In this document: one piece after another, positions 35,575 through 45,809 of the stretch
How positions within the stretch are numbered: position 1 is the first letter of the stretch
How the letters are laid out: each line of letters opens with the position of its first letter
From: Candidatus Micrarchaeota archaeon
GTDB lineage: Archaea > Micrarchaeota > Micrarchaeia > Anstonellales > Anstonellaceae
Length of the DNA: 64,000 nt
Assembly (NCBI GenBank): GCA_964581105.1
Contig: CAZOMB010000002.1
Span: forward strand, 4,015-68,014
Direction: 5' to 3'
The notes under the pieces: model-generated
The model's database searches: none
Told to the model about the DNA's origin: nothing
Seen by the model: the letters and a program-made list of their open reading frames with translations, nothing else
Position numbers and translations under genes: made by a program

Positions 35575-36753
35575 TTAAGGCTGCGCCCATTCTATTTCAT
35601 AGTATTCTTCCTTGCTTCCTGGGATTTCTATTCTTTTTACCAAGTAGTAAGTGACTGAGGTTTCCCTGTCGCAGATTGCAAGCAAAAGCTCCAGCCCTAT
35701 TCTTTTGCACTGGTCAATTGCATCTGCCAATTCTTCCCCTCCAATGTATTCTTCCTCAGAAAGCGAGAACATCAAATATTTTGGCTTTCCTGTTTTTGGG
35801 TTTTCTATCCCCCCATGCTTTCTGTGGTAAAGCAAAAAGTCCAAAGTAGTTGAAAGTTCTTTTTTTGGCTTTTTCTTTTTTGCCTTTCCTGGGATTGCAA
35901 GCACAAATGTTTTTCTCACTGAGTGGGCCACCCTTATTGCACGTGCCCATTCTGATATTAGAAGCTTGCTTGTGCGCGGAAAGCAATGCACAACATGGCG
36001 GCTGTGCACCCATTCCTTGTTGGTTTTTACTGGAGAGGCGCCTGGGAAATAAAGCCTAAAATGCGTGCCAAACTTAAAGCCTGTTTTCAGCACAAAGCCG
36101 TGCAATCTCCAGTTTTCATATACTTCGTACAGGTGCAAAAAGTCCTTGTGCCTTTTTTTGGCTGCCTTTATTACTTCTTTTTCTGATGCATTTTCAAGGT
36201 GAAGGCCGGCATGGCGGATTAGGAAAAGGGTTTCATATGCATCAAGCTTTGAGAGTTTGCCGCGCTGCTCTGCCTTGTATGAGCCAAACTGCCCAATCCA
36301 GTATTGCTCATACAGCCTTTTGCCTGTTTCCGGGTCGTCGATTACTGCCCACAAGTCATCTGCATAAAAGCGGCCCTGCAATGCATACTTGTCAAGCGAA
36401 AACTTTCCTTCAGGGTACTTTTTTGGGCTGTTTCTCCCATATTTGTGGGTGATTTCTGATACTTGGCGGGCAATCATTCCCCTGTCCCTCCAGTCCTTGT
36501 AAGTAAAATAGCGGGCCATCTGCTTTTTTGCCTCAAATGCCTTTGCAACCTGGTTAAAGCTGTACTGGTTAAGCGAAGGGTCCAGGCATTTTGCATTCCT
36601 TATGTCAATCAGGTAAAGCGCCTCTTCCGGGAAAAGCGAGATTACTCCTTTTTTCATGTAGCCATAGTGCCCGTTCACCAGGGATGATACTGACTCTGGC
36701 TCTGATACCAGCAAGGATTTTTTCTGCAATGAAAACTCGATTTTTATTGCCAT
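35575..36753 (-). CDS. endA: tRNA splicing endonuclease, three-unit epsilon (ARMAN) type
   Basis: 392 aa in three EndA units; GFKFGTHFRLY, HSRH and AHSVRK give the Tyr/His/Lys triad; loop GQFGSYKAEQRG; GAGGTG RBS. Confidence 0.88.
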   Translation of the reverse strand: MAIKIEFSLQKKSLLVSEPESVSSLVNGHYGYMKKGVISLFPEEALYLIDIRNAKCLDPSLNQYSFNQVAKAFEAKKQMARYFTYKDWRDRGMIARQVSEITHKYGRNSPKKYPEGKFSLDKYALQGRFYADDLWAVIDDPETGKRLYEQYWIGQFGSYKAEQRGKLSKLDAYETLFLIRHAGLHLENASEKEVIKAAKKRHKDFLHLYEVYENWRLHGFVLKTGFKFGTHFRLYFPGASPVKTNKEWVHSRHVVHCFPRTSKLLISEWARAIRVAHSVRKTFVLAIPGKAKKKKPKKELSTTLDFLLYHRKHGGIENPKTGKPKYLMFSLSEEEYIGGEELADAIDQCKRIGLELLLAICDRETSVTYYLVKRIEIPGSKEEYYEIEWAQP

Positions 36754-36877
36754 GTTTTCACCTCTTATGCAGGTCTTTAACAAACTGCCTGCAAAAGTAA
36801 GCCAGGCTTTTTAGCTCATGTTTCATTGTGCATAGGAATTATAAAGCAATGCAGCTGGTAATGAATGGGCTGTGAGA

Positions 36878-37924
36878 ATGGCAAAAGCAAAAAAGTCTAG
36901 AGACAGGAAAACTTATTACAAAAAAGTGAGGGACAAGAACAAGAGCATACCTGATGCCCTCCTCACTGCTTTGATAAGGCAAAAATACCATATTGCAGGG
37001 GAGCATTCTGCTGCAAAGCTTTGCCTTTGGGCTGGAAAATCGCTTAAAGGGCAGGGAAAATGCTACAAAAACCAGTTTTATGGCATTGAATCACACAGGT
37101 GCCTGCAATGCACTCCGGTTCTCCTTTTTTGCAACCATGCCTGCGTATTTTGCTGGAGAATGATGCCTGAAAAGAGCCTGAAGTTTGATGAGATTCCTAA
37201 AAAGGGCTTTTCCTGGGACAGGCCAGAAAAAGTTGTAAGCCTGCTTCTTGAGTCGCAGAAAAGAATTGTTTCTGGCTTTGGGGGGAATAAAAAGGTGAGT
37301 AAAGAGCTTTTCAAAGAGGCTTTAAGGCCAAAACATGCTGCAATATCTTTGACTGGTGAGCCTGCAATGTATCCATATCTTGAGGGGCTTTTCAAGGAGT
37401 TTCATAAAAGGGGAATGACTACCTTCTTGGTAACAAACGGCACATTTCCTGAGAGGATGGAGAAATGGGAAACCCTGCCAACCCAGCTTTATGTTTCAAT
37501 GGTTGCGCCAAATGAAAAGGTTTACAGAAAATCCATAAGACCATTATCTAATAATTTGTGGAAAAAGTACCTCAAAACACTGGCTTTGCTTCCAAAAATA
37601 GGGGAAAAGACAAGAACTGTTCTCAGAATGACACTTGCAAGAGAAGTAAATGATTTTGACTTGGATGGGTATGCTGAACAGATAAAAATTGCAAAGCCGC
37701 ATTATGTTGAAGTAAAAAGCATGGCATTTGTAGGAGGGGCAAGGCTTCAGGAGCGCGGCTTGAGCACAAAAAGCATGCTTGAGATGGAAGAAGTTGGGGT
37801 TATTGCAAAAAAACTGGCACAGATGAGCGGCTATAGGGCAAGTGATGTGCATGCCCCTTCAAGAATCGTGCTCCTCTGCCGCGATGAAAAAGCTGAAAAA
37901 AACAGGATGATAAAATGGCAATAA
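36878..37924 (+). CDS. taw1: 4-demethylwyosine synthase (radical SAM)
   Basis: CYKNQFYGIESHRCLQ, CNHACVFCWR, AISLTGEP, FLVTNGT, VEVK. Confidence 0.95.
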   Translation: MAKAKKSRDRKTYYKKVRDKNKSIPDALLTALIRQKYHIAGEHSAAKLCLWAGKSLKGQGKCYKNQFYGIESHRCLQCTPVLLFCNHACVFCWRMMPEKSLKFDEIPKKGFSWDRPEKVVSLLLESQKRIVSGFGGNKKVSKELFKEALRPKHAAISLTGEPAMYPYLEGLFKEFHKRGMTTFLVTNGTFPERMEKWETLPTQLYVSMVAPNEKVYRKSIRPLSNNLWKKYLKTLALLPKIGEKTRTVLRMTLAREVNDFDLDGYAEQIKIAKPHYVEVKSMAFVGGARLQERGLSTKSMLEMEEVGVIAKKLAQMSGYRASDVHAPSRIVLLCRDEKAEKNRMIKWQ

Positions 37925-38514
37925 AGGCAATAATTTTTGACATTGATGGAGTTTTGGCAGACTCAAGGGCAGCTGTTGTGCACAACACCAAGCAAGTGCT
38001 CAATGAGTATGGGTTTGTAGTAAAGGATGGTGAGGTTGAGAATATGTCATCTGCTCACAGTGCACAGAGCGTATTTGTGGGGCTTGTGCCAAAGCTGGGC
38101 ATGGATGCAAGGCTGATGGAAAAAATACTCAAAAGGCTCTCAGAGCTGACTGCTGAGAACATAGATATGGTAAAGCCAACGCCAATTGCGCAAAAAATAC
38201 CTGAACTTTCCGCAAAGTATAAATTGGCGGTTGCAAGCAACAGAAAGGCAAGTGTGATAATGGTCCTTGAAAAGTTCAAAGTAACCGGGCATTTTGAGAC
38301 AGTAATGTCAAGCAGGGATGCGCCTCCAAAGCCAAGCCCTAAAATGCTCAATCTTGCTCTTGGAAAGATGGGTATTTTGCCTTCTGAAGCTGTTTTTGTT
38401 GGGGACAATGAAGAGGACAGGCAGGCTGCAAGAGCTGCCAATGTGCGGTTTTTCCTGGCAAAGGGAACAGATGCTACCTCTTGCGAGCGGTTTTTCCAGG
38501 AATTCTTGTATTAG
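37915..38514 (+). CDS. HAD-superfamily hydrolase
   Basis: IFDIDGVLADS, SN, KPSP, FVGDNEED. Confidence 0.9.
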   Translation: MAIKAIIFDIDGVLADSRAAVVHNTKQVLNEYGFVVKDGEVENMSSAHSAQSVFVGLVPKLGMDARLMEKILKRLSELTAENIDMVKPTPIAQKIPELSAKYKLAVASNRKASVIMVLEKFKVTGHFETVMSSRDAPPKPSPKMLNLALGKMGILPSEAVFVGDNEEDRQAARAANVRFFLAKGTDATSCERFFQEFLY

Positions 38515-38906
38515 GAAATTTCAATTGTGCCTTCGATGTTTTCTATTGTAAATGAGCTTGAGGGCATGTCCTGCAGTATTGACAGCTGGCAGGGGATTTT
38601 TTTGCTTGAGGAAAAGCCCTTTGCTTCAAAGTAAAGGGTGTTTTCTTGGGCAGAAATTTGTGCAGGAGTTCCTTTTATTTCAATTGTGCGGACATTGCCA
38701 TTGCCAAGCGTGCAGGCCTGCTCAAGCTTTGAGGAGAATTCATCAAAAGAGCTTTGGGAGATTGTTCTGCTTATTTTCTGTTGTGCTTGCGTGCCTATTT
38801 TTGAAGCTGCAGTATATGCTATGCCAAGGAGAATAAGGAAAATAAGGAAAACCATCAAAGTTTCAACTGAAACCTGGCCTGATGCCAATAAAGCACCTAA
38901 TAGCAT
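38511..38906 (-). CDS. Class III signal peptide (pilin-like) protein
   Basis: ASGQVSVETLMVFLIFLILLGI. Confidence 0.7.
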   Translation of the reverse strand: MLLGALLASGQVSVETLMVFLIFLILLGIAYTAASKIGTQAQQKISRTISQSSFDEFSSKLEQACTLGNGNVRTIEIKGTPAQISAQENTLYFEAKGFSSSKKIPCQLSILQDMPSSSFTIENIEGTIEIS

Positions 38907-39142
38907 TTCTTGGAGTATGTGTCACAGCTGCCTGATTCGCAGTCTGCGTCATTCACACAATAGTCCCCAGATTCGCCTTTTACCATTGTATCCTCGCTTG
39001 CAGCAATGACCTGTTCTGTCTTTTGCTCAATGCTATCAGCTGCCTGTTTTCCGCTTTTGAGCATTACAGAGGCAACAAGAACTGCCAGGCCGAGGATGAC
39101 AACCAGAATGATGAGCATCTCAGCAGAAAGCTGCGCTTTCAT
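38897..39142 (-). CDS. Short class III signal peptide pilin with Cys-rich tip
   Basis: MKAQLSAEMLIILVVIL; C-terminal CVNDADCESGSCDTYSKKC. Confidence 0.85.
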   Translation of the reverse strand: MKAQLSAEMLIILVVILGLAVLVASVMLKSGKQAADSIEQKTEQVIAASEDTMVKGESGDYCVNDADCESGSCDTYSKKCY

Positions 39143-39223
39143 TTTTCCACCCCTATGGAATTGGGGAGCAAGGAATTAAAAAATAGGTGGTTCTAAATGT
39201 AAAAAGCAGTTTAGGTGTTTTAA

Positions 39224-39712
39224 ATGAAAGTGGTTGTTCCAGTGTGGGCGCGCTTAAAACCAGACACACACTTGTTCAGAAGCAGAGCCTGCGAGGACTG
39301 TGTTCTTAGGATGCTGGAAAAGAACCTGCCCCCAGGCATGAACCAAAGGCTTGAGACAAAACTTATGAAAAGCGTTCTTTCAGTTGCCTCAAAGCTCTCT
39401 TATGCAGACTCAGGTTATGACCACTACAAAAAAAGGATTGGCCTTCTTGAGTATTTTGTCTCAGGCTGTATAAAAAACAGGCATAAGGTTTTTGAGAAGA
39501 CACTTTGGTTGCTTTCATATATTAGCAAAAAGGCCAATGGTGTTGAACTTATCAGAGAAGGTATGGAATGCGCAAGAAACATCAAGGTCCGCTATGAAGG
39601 GAATGAAATGCTGCACATGCTTGACAATTACCAAGAGCTTTCATGGCTTGTGAACAAGGCAGATGCCCGGCAAAAGCCTGTTTCCAAGAGCCCGCAGGAT
39701 GAGGCTGATTGA
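39224..39712 (+). CDS. Orphan helical protein
   Basis: 162-aa ORF; AGGTG RBS; CEDC pair. Confidence 0.55.
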   Translation: MKVVVPVWARLKPDTHLFRSRACEDCVLRMLEKNLPPGMNQRLETKLMKSVLSVASKLSYADSGYDHYKKRIGLLEYFVSGCIKNRHKVFEKTLWLLSYISKKANGVELIREGMECARNIKVRYEGNEMLHMLDNYQELSWLVNKADARQKPVSKSPQDEAD

Positions 39713-39760
39713 GAGGCCCTGCTGCAGGTTTAATAAACAGTTCATGAAAAAAGCGGATGT

Positions 39761-41845
39761 ATGAAGCTTGTTATATGCGAAAAGCCAAAAGTGGCTGAGA
39801 AAATAGCCAATGCGCTTGGCAGAGGCAAAGCCGCAAGAAAAAGCCTGTACGGGGTTGCCTATTATGAAGTTGAGAGGGACGGGCAAAAGCTTGTTGTTGT
39901 TTCTGCTGTTGGCCACCTATATACCCTGAGACAGGAAAAGGGAGGGCGAGAATATCCTGTTTTTGACATTAACTGGGCGCCAAGCCATGAGGTTGAAAAA
40001 AAGTCAGACTACTCAAAAAAATACTTGGACACAATAAAAAAGCTGTGCCCAGGGGCTGATGAGTATATATGTGCCTGCGATTTTGATGTTGAAGGGAGCC
40101 TGATTGGCTATAATGTGATACGGTTTGCATGCAATAGCAGCAAGGGAAGCAGGATGAAATTCTCCTCGCTTACAAAGGACGAGCTTGAGCATTCCTACCT
40201 TGAGAGGGGCGACTTTGACCTTGGCAATGCATTTGCTGGCGAGGCAAGGCACATGCTTGACTGGTTTTACGGGATTAACCTGTCAAGGGCGCTCATGTCA
40301 TCAATAAGAAGCGCAGGCGCAAATAAGGTAATGAGCATTGGAAGGGTGCAAGGCCCAGCACTTGCAATTTTGGCAAAAAAGGAAAAGAAAATATCTGATT
40401 TTATTCCAAAGCCTTATTGGGAGCTCACCTGCATTGCAAAGCAAGTCCTGTTTGAAAATGCGCATGGAAGGTTCTCAAAAAGAAACGGTGCACAAGAAGC
40501 GCTTGAGCATTCTGGAAGCCCTGGCGCTGTGCAAAAAGTGCAGAGAAGGGAATTTCTGCAGGCCCCAATGCCGCCTTTTGACTTAACCAGCCTGCAAGTG
40601 GAGGCATACCGGGTTTTTGGGTTTGCGCCTGCTGCAACCCTTGCGCTTGCGCAGTCGCTTTACGAGTCTTCGCTTATTTCCTATCCAAGGACAAGCTCGC
40701 AAAAGCTGCCTGCAAAATTGAACTTGAAAAGAATAATTGAGCTTGTTTCAAAAAATCTGGCTTATGAAAAACCTGCAAAATGGCTTTTGGAGCAGGGAAG
40801 GACAACCCCTGTTGAAGGGAAAAAGCAGGACCCGGCTCACCCTGCAATCTATCCAACAGGCATTATGGCGCAACCCGGGGAGCAGGAAAAAAAGCTCTAT
40901 GACCTTATTGTAAGGCGCTTCTTGTCCTGCTTTTCTGAAACTGCAAAAAGGGAAGCGCAAAAAGTGACGTTGCTTTGCGGAAAGGAGAATTATGTTGCCT
41001 CTGGCACAAGGACAACGAAAAAGGGATGGATTGAAATTTATGCGCCTTATGCAAAGTTTGAGGAAAAACCATTGCCCCAATTCTCAGAAGGCGAAACTGT
41101 TGACATAAAGGACTTTAAGATTTGGGAAAAGAAGACCCAGCCCCCAAAAAGGTATACCCCTGCCTCAATCATAACAGAGCTTGAAAAGCTTGGGCTGGGG
41201 ACAAAAGCAACCCGGGCAAATGTCATTGAAACTCTTTTCAAGAGAGGCTATCTGGAGGGCAAGAGCATAAAAGTAACCCCATTCGGGATTGCTGTCTTTG
41301 ACCTTCTTGCAAAGGCTGCGCCTGAAATACTTGATGAGGAACTTACAAGGGACATTGAAGGGGAGATGGAAAAAATACAGGATGGGGAAAATGAAAAAAA
41401 GGCAATTGAAAAGGGAAAGCAGGTCTTGGGCAGCATACTTGGCAAGTTTGAGGGCAAGGAAAAGGACATTGGCCTTGAGCTGCTGTCTGGGCTTAAGAGA
41501 AAAGAGCTTTCAGACAGCCTTCTTGGCAAGTGCCCAAAATGCAACGGCGACCTTCGTATCATTAAAGGGAGGAGCAAAAAGCAGTTTGTAGGCTGCTCTG
41601 GCTACCCAGAATGCACTGCAAGCTATCCGCTTCCCCAGAACGCAAAAATTGTTCCCCTTGGCAGGGCATGTGAAAAATGCAAAACACCAGTAATAAGGGT
41701 TGTGAGAAAAGGGAAAAGGCCGTTTGAAATGTGCATTGAACCTGGTTGTGAAACAAAAAAAGATTGGGCAAAGCCCTATGCGAAAAAGCCAAGAAAAAAA
41801 GCAAAGCCTGCAAAAAAGACAGTGAAAAGGAGGAGAAAGAAATGA
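39761..41845 (+). CDS. topA: DNA topoisomerase IA
   Basis: CEKPKVA TOPRIM, VGHL, DFDVEG, GRVQGP, ISYPRT catalytic Tyr, GLGTKATR, C-terminal zinc ribbons. Confidence 0.97.
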   Translation: MKLVICEKPKVAEKIANALGRGKAARKSLYGVAYYEVERDGQKLVVVSAVGHLYTLRQEKGGREYPVFDINWAPSHEVEKKSDYSKKYLDTIKKLCPGADEYICACDFDVEGSLIGYNVIRFACNSSKGSRMKFSSLTKDELEHSYLERGDFDLGNAFAGEARHMLDWFYGINLSRALMSSIRSAGANKVMSIGRVQGPALAILAKKEKKISDFIPKPYWELTCIAKQVLFENAHGRFSKRNGAQEALEHSGSPGAVQKVQRREFLQAPMPPFDLTSLQVEAYRVFGFAPAATLALAQSLYESSLISYPRTSSQKLPAKLNLKRIIELVSKNLAYEKPAKWLLEQGRTTPVEGKKQDPAHPAIYPTGIMAQPGEQEKKLYDLIVRRFLSCFSETAKREAQKVTLLCGKENYVASGTRTTKKGWIEIYAPYAKFEEKPLPQFSEGETVDIKDFKIWEKKTQPPKRYTPASIITELEKLGLGTKATRANVIETLFKRGYLEGKSIKVTPFGIAVFDLLAKAAPEILDEELTRDIEGEMEKIQDGENEKKAIEKGKQVLGSILGKFEGKEKDIGLELLSGLKRKELSDSLLGKCPKCNGDLRIIKGRSKKQFVGCSGYPECTASYPLPQNAKIVPLGRACEKCKTPVIRVVRKGKRPFEMCIEPGCETKKDWAKPYAKKPRKKAKPAKKTVKRRRKK

Positions 41846-42729
41846 AGCTTGCTATTTTCATACCTGCGCACAACGAGGAAAAAAGCATTGCCTCTGTTGT
41901 GCTGCTCTCAAAAAAGCATGGCAAAGTGTTTGTCATTGATGATGGCTCTGGGGACAATACTGCAAAGCTTGCAAAAGAGGCAGGTGCAACTGTGATAGCG
42001 CACAGGAAAAGGAGAGGCTATGGGGCAGCAATAAGGACAGGGCTTTTGAGGGCAAAGAAAATGAATGCTGATGCTTTTGTTTTTATTGACGGGGATTTTC
42101 AGCATGACCCCCTCCAAATTCCTCTTGTTGCAAAGCCAGTGGCAGATGGAAAGGCAGACTTGTGCATTGGCTCAAGGTTTTTGGGCTCTTTTGTGAAGCC
42201 GCCTGCTTACAGGAGAGAAGGAGTCATGGTCATCAACAAGCTGGCAGGAGTGCAGGCAGGGGAAAAAAATGTTGACTACCAGTGCGGCTTTAGGGCATTT
42301 TCAAAAAAGGCAGCAACGAAAATAAGGCCTGTTGATGACGGTTATGGGGCAGGTGCAGAAATTGTTGTGCGTGCGCAGCAGCAGGGCCTGAGGATTGCCC
42401 AGGTGCCTGTTTCTGTCAGGTATTATGAGGATGGTGGGGGCAGCGCAATTGCCAGAGGCGCAGGGCTTGCAGGGGACTTGCTGTGCAAGATTGCAAGGGC
42501 AAAGCCCTTGGTTTTCTTTTTAGGAGCAGGCTTTTTGCTGCTTGTCTCCTCTGTAATGCTCGGGCTTTTTGTTGTCAATACCTTTTATGCGACAGGCGAG
42601 CTGCCAATTGGCTCTGCTTTTTTGACAGTTTTCACAGGGATTGCCGGCCTTGTGCTTGCCCTTATAGGGATAAACCTGTACACGCTTGGCGCATTGCTTG
42701 AAAGAAAACACAAGAGGGAGCACCCTTGA
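41842..42729 (+). CDS. GT2 polyprenol-phosphate glycosyltransferase-like, two C-terminal TMs
   Basis: IPAHNEE, IDDGSGD, GYGAA, IDGDFQHDP, IGSRF, DYQCGFRA. Confidence 0.9.
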   Translation: MKLAIFIPAHNEEKSIASVVLLSKKHGKVFVIDDGSGDNTAKLAKEAGATVIAHRKRRGYGAAIRTGLLRAKKMNADAFVFIDGDFQHDPLQIPLVAKPVADGKADLCIGSRFLGSFVKPPAYRREGVMVINKLAGVQAGEKNVDYQCGFRAFSKKAATKIRPVDDGYGAGAEIVVRAQQQGLRIAQVPVSVRYYEDGGGSAIARGAGLAGDLLCKIARAKPLVFFLGAGFLLLVSSVMLGLFVVNTFYATGELPIGSAFLTVFTGIAGLVLALIGINLYTLGALLERKHKREHP

Positions 42730-45044
42730 GAAAAAAGAGGAAAGGCATTTTTGAAAAAGGAAAGCATCTTCCAATTCTCATTGTTTTTGTGTGCTGCTTG
42801 TTTTTTGCATCGCAATTGGGGGTGCTTGAGCCTGATTTTAGGTTCCAGAAAACCAGCCAAAGGATTGCTGCACAGGATGAGTGCCTTTCTGGAGATATTT
42901 ATGTTGATGCGTTTGCCTCCGGAAATTCTGTGATGCTCTATGTTCCGCATGCAGGAGAATCAGTCTCATCTGTGCTGCTTGAAGGGAAAGGAAAGGCAGG
43001 TTCAGTCACCCTGTCAACTGAAGAGCAGGGGATTTTCTTCTCAAAATTGCTTGTGAATGGGCAAACTGCCTGCTCCCCTTGCGACGTTGGCAGGCAATAT
43101 GAAATTAGGGAAACAGGAGAACTTGAAATTGTGCTTGAAGCAGGGGAAATGGGGGGTTGGGAAGAAGAGGAAAAAGGATTTTCACTTTTTGAGCTTGCTT
43201 TTATTGACAAGAGCACAAGATTGCATGTGAACGCCCCTGTGCTGATTCTGGTTGGAGGAAACTGGAAAGCCGAAACAAATTACAAAATTCCTTCAAGCTT
43301 TTATGGCATTGACGCACCGTTTCATATCCACAGGATACCTGCAATTGCAGGGTATTTGTCATCATTCAGGCTGCCATGGACAGATTACCCTGTGCTTTCA
43401 GGGATTTTGCCTGCCCTTGCTTACATGGCATTTGATATCTCCCCGCAATATGCATACAAAGTTTATGAAATTGCACTGTTTTTTGTCCCAATTGTCCTGT
43501 TTTATCTGTTCTCAACAAAGCTGCCAAAATACAGGGGAGGGGCATTTCTTTTTGCTTCTTTGATTTATCTTTTCATGCCAAGCAGGGGATTTCCAGTGGG
43601 CGGGGGAGCAGACCTTTTTGTTTATGGCATGACTGCCCACACTCTTGCAACTTTTCTTTCACTCTTTTCATTTTATTTTGGCTATGGGGCAGTGGCTGAA
43701 AAAAAGAAACATGGCATCGCCCTTTCTGCACTGTTCTTTGCGCTTGCTTTTCTTTCAAACCAGAGGATTTTGCTTGTGCTTGTAGCAGGCCTTTGCGTGC
43801 TCGGGGCACTGGCAGCAGTGTTGGGCAGGCTAAAGCGATTTGCTGTTCTTGGCATTGCTTGCTCTGCCCTGGTTTTGTGGATTGTTGTGCCATACCTGCT
43901 TTCTGTTGATGCTGCTGCCTATTCTCCCCTTGGCGGGGCATCAATCAGCAGCATAGAGGAGGGACTTGTCAGCTTTTTGCAAATAGGCCATGCTTTGCTG
44001 CCCTTGCTGTTTTTTGCGGGCCTTATTGCGGCATACAAGCAGAAAAGCATGTTTGCAGCTGTGCTTGCAGGCTTTGGGGCAATTGTATTTGTTTTTGCAA
44101 CAAACCCTGCCCTTAATACTGCCTTTCCCTTTGTTGACGGGTTGCGCTTTTTGCCTTCCTTCTTTTTGCCAGCCTTCTTTTTGGCAGGCATTGGAACTTC
44201 CTACTTGTTCTGGAAGGTTATCAGAAAAGCAGAAAGAGTGAGAAGAAAACTCGGGCTTGACAAGGATACTTTTGCAGTGGCATTTGCTTTGGCCCTGCTT
44301 TTCCCCTTTGCAGGCCTTTTCTTTGGCATTATGGAAGCAACAGCCGGGCAGTACTCTTCAGAGCTGGGCTCTTTGGAGGTTGCTGCTGAATATGCTTCAC
44401 TGCAAAAAGCATATGAAATTGTCGGGGAACAAAGGTCGCTTTTTGTTTGGAGGGGCATGGTTTCCCAATACCCGATACCGGACAAGGGAATTCAAAGGGC
44501 TGTTATCGGCTATTTTGACGGCACTGAAGGAATTTTGCAGGAGCTTGATGCCCTTAAGGCAAAATATGTTGTTCTTGGGAACGCGGGCTGGACCTTTGAA
44601 AAGGACAGCAAGGCAAAGTGGGAGGAATACTGCAAGCTGAAGAAGGGCGGGCGGTTTTCTGAAGAGCTTTATACCAGCGCAGGGGTTTTGTTTTCTGCCA
44701 AAGGCAAAGCAGGTTCTGAGGATATTAAAAGTGAAAATGCAGAAATAGTTTGGGAAGAGATTGGCTTTGACAGCGCAAGCCTTTCTGGAAATTGTTTTTC
44801 TAAAAAGTGCTCATTGCAAATATTTTCAAAAAACATCCCGACTTTTGCAGAATGCACTGGTGCTGCAGGCTGTTCTGTCTTGCATGACGCAGAAAGAGGC
44901 ATACATACTGTCAGGGGGGTGCCTGAGGGAGAATTTTCTATCCAGCTAAAGCCAAAGCCCCACCCAATCCAAATGCCGCTTGCTGTTTTGTGCGCAGCTG
45001 TGCTTGTGGCCTGTTTTTACTTTAGCCATGCAAGACGTGACTGA
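42726..45044 (+). CDS. Large multi-TM protein, GT-C/YfhO-like glycosyltransferase candidate
   Basis: APFHIHR...W...YP.L.G.LP loop followed by about 11 TMs and an extracellular domain; coupled to the GT2 gene. Confidence 0.55.
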   Translation: MRKKRKGIFEKGKHLPILIVFVCCLFFASQLGVLEPDFRFQKTSQRIAAQDECLSGDIYVDAFASGNSVMLYVPHAGESVSSVLLEGKGKAGSVTLSTEEQGIFFSKLLVNGQTACSPCDVGRQYEIRETGELEIVLEAGEMGGWEEEEKGFSLFELAFIDKSTRLHVNAPVLILVGGNWKAETNYKIPSSFYGIDAPFHIHRIPAIAGYLSSFRLPWTDYPVLSGILPALAYMAFDISPQYAYKVYEIALFFVPIVLFYLFSTKLPKYRGGAFLFASLIYLFMPSRGFPVGGGADLFVYGMTAHTLATFLSLFSFYFGYGAVAEKKKHGIALSALFFALAFLSNQRILLVLVAGLCVLGALAAVLGRLKRFAVLGIACSALVLWIVVPYLLSVDAAAYSPLGGASISSIEEGLVSFLQIGHALLPLLFFAGLIAAYKQKSMFAAVLAGFGAIVFVFATNPALNTAFPFVDGLRFLPSFFLPAFFLAGIGTSYLFWKVIRKAERVRRKLGLDKDTFAVAFALALLFPFAGLFFGIMEATAGQYSSELGSLEVAAEYASLQKAYEIVGEQRSLFVWRGMVSQYPIPDKGIQRAVIGYFDGTEGILQELDALKAKYVVLGNAGWTFEKDSKAKWEEYCKLKKGGRFSEELYTSAGVLFSAKGKAGSEDIKSENAEIVWEEIGFDSASLSGNCFSKKCSLQIFSKNIPTFAECTGAAGCSVLHDAERGIHTVRGVPEGEFSIQLKPKPHPIQMPLAVLCAAVLVACFYFSHARRD

Positions 45045-45805
45045 ATTATGCTGAAGGCGCCGCGATCCTGCGGCTTTTGCAATGCATACCTGTATTTTTT
45101 CTTTTTCCCTATTCTAGCTATTGCGCCTGATTTTAGGAGCATTTCAAGCCCCTCTTCTGCCCTTGCAGAATTAAGCTTGTTTTCTTTTGAGAATGCTGCC
45201 ACATCAAAAGAGCCCCTGTGGGAGGCCACCCAGCACAAGACCATTTCGCGCAATGACTGGTCTGAAACCGCCTCAAGCTTTTGTATTCTCCGTGCCTGGG
45301 CTGAAACCTTGTTTTCAAGCTCTATTGCCAGAAGGGCAGACTGCTCTGATGCCTTTGACAGCCTTTTGCCCTTTTTTGCAAGCTCGGCAAACTCAAGCTG
45401 CAGGTCTGTATGTTTTTTTAAAAGAAGCTCATAGTCCATGCCTGCTATTTCTGATGACAGCTCAAGAGAAGGCAGCACAAGTTTTGCAATGTCTGATGAA
45501 TCTGTCTGCATGCCCGGCAAAAGTGAAAGAGCCCTGAGCAAAAAAACATGCGCCTGCAAAGATCTGATTCTTTTTTCTGAGCCTTTTGGTGAATTATACC
45601 TGAGAAATATGCTTTTTTTGTGCATCTCAATTTCAAAGAACAGGTGTGGCTTTCCTGAAAAGTCAATGCTTTGGTTCTTTCTTATCAGAAGTTTGCCTTT
45701 TGTGACCGAAACTTTGTCAAACCCCAGCCCTGAAAGGGATGAAATGTCATGCGGGAATTTGCCCTTAAAGTGCGCTGCAATCCTGTGCTCTGCAATATTT
45801 TCCAC
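45017..45805 (-). CDS. Hypothetical protein with coiled coil and C-terminal winged helix
   Basis: GTG start after GAGGTGA; heptad region; WVASHRGSFDVAAFSKENKLNSARAEEGLEMLLKSGAI. Confidence 0.6.
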   Translation of the reverse strand: MENIAEHRIAAHFKGKFPHDISSLSGLGFDKVSVTKGKLLIRKNQSIDFSGKPHLFFEIEMHKKSIFLRYNSPKGSEKRIRSLQAHVFLLRALSLLPGMQTDSSDIAKLVLPSLELSSEIAGMDYELLLKKHTDLQLEFAELAKKGKRLSKASEQSALLAIELENKVSAQARRIQKLEAVSDQSLREMVLCWVASHRGSFDVAAFSKENKLNSARAEEGLEMLLKSGAIARIGKKKKYRYALQKPQDRGAFSIIQSRLAWLK

Positions 45806-45809
45806 AACA

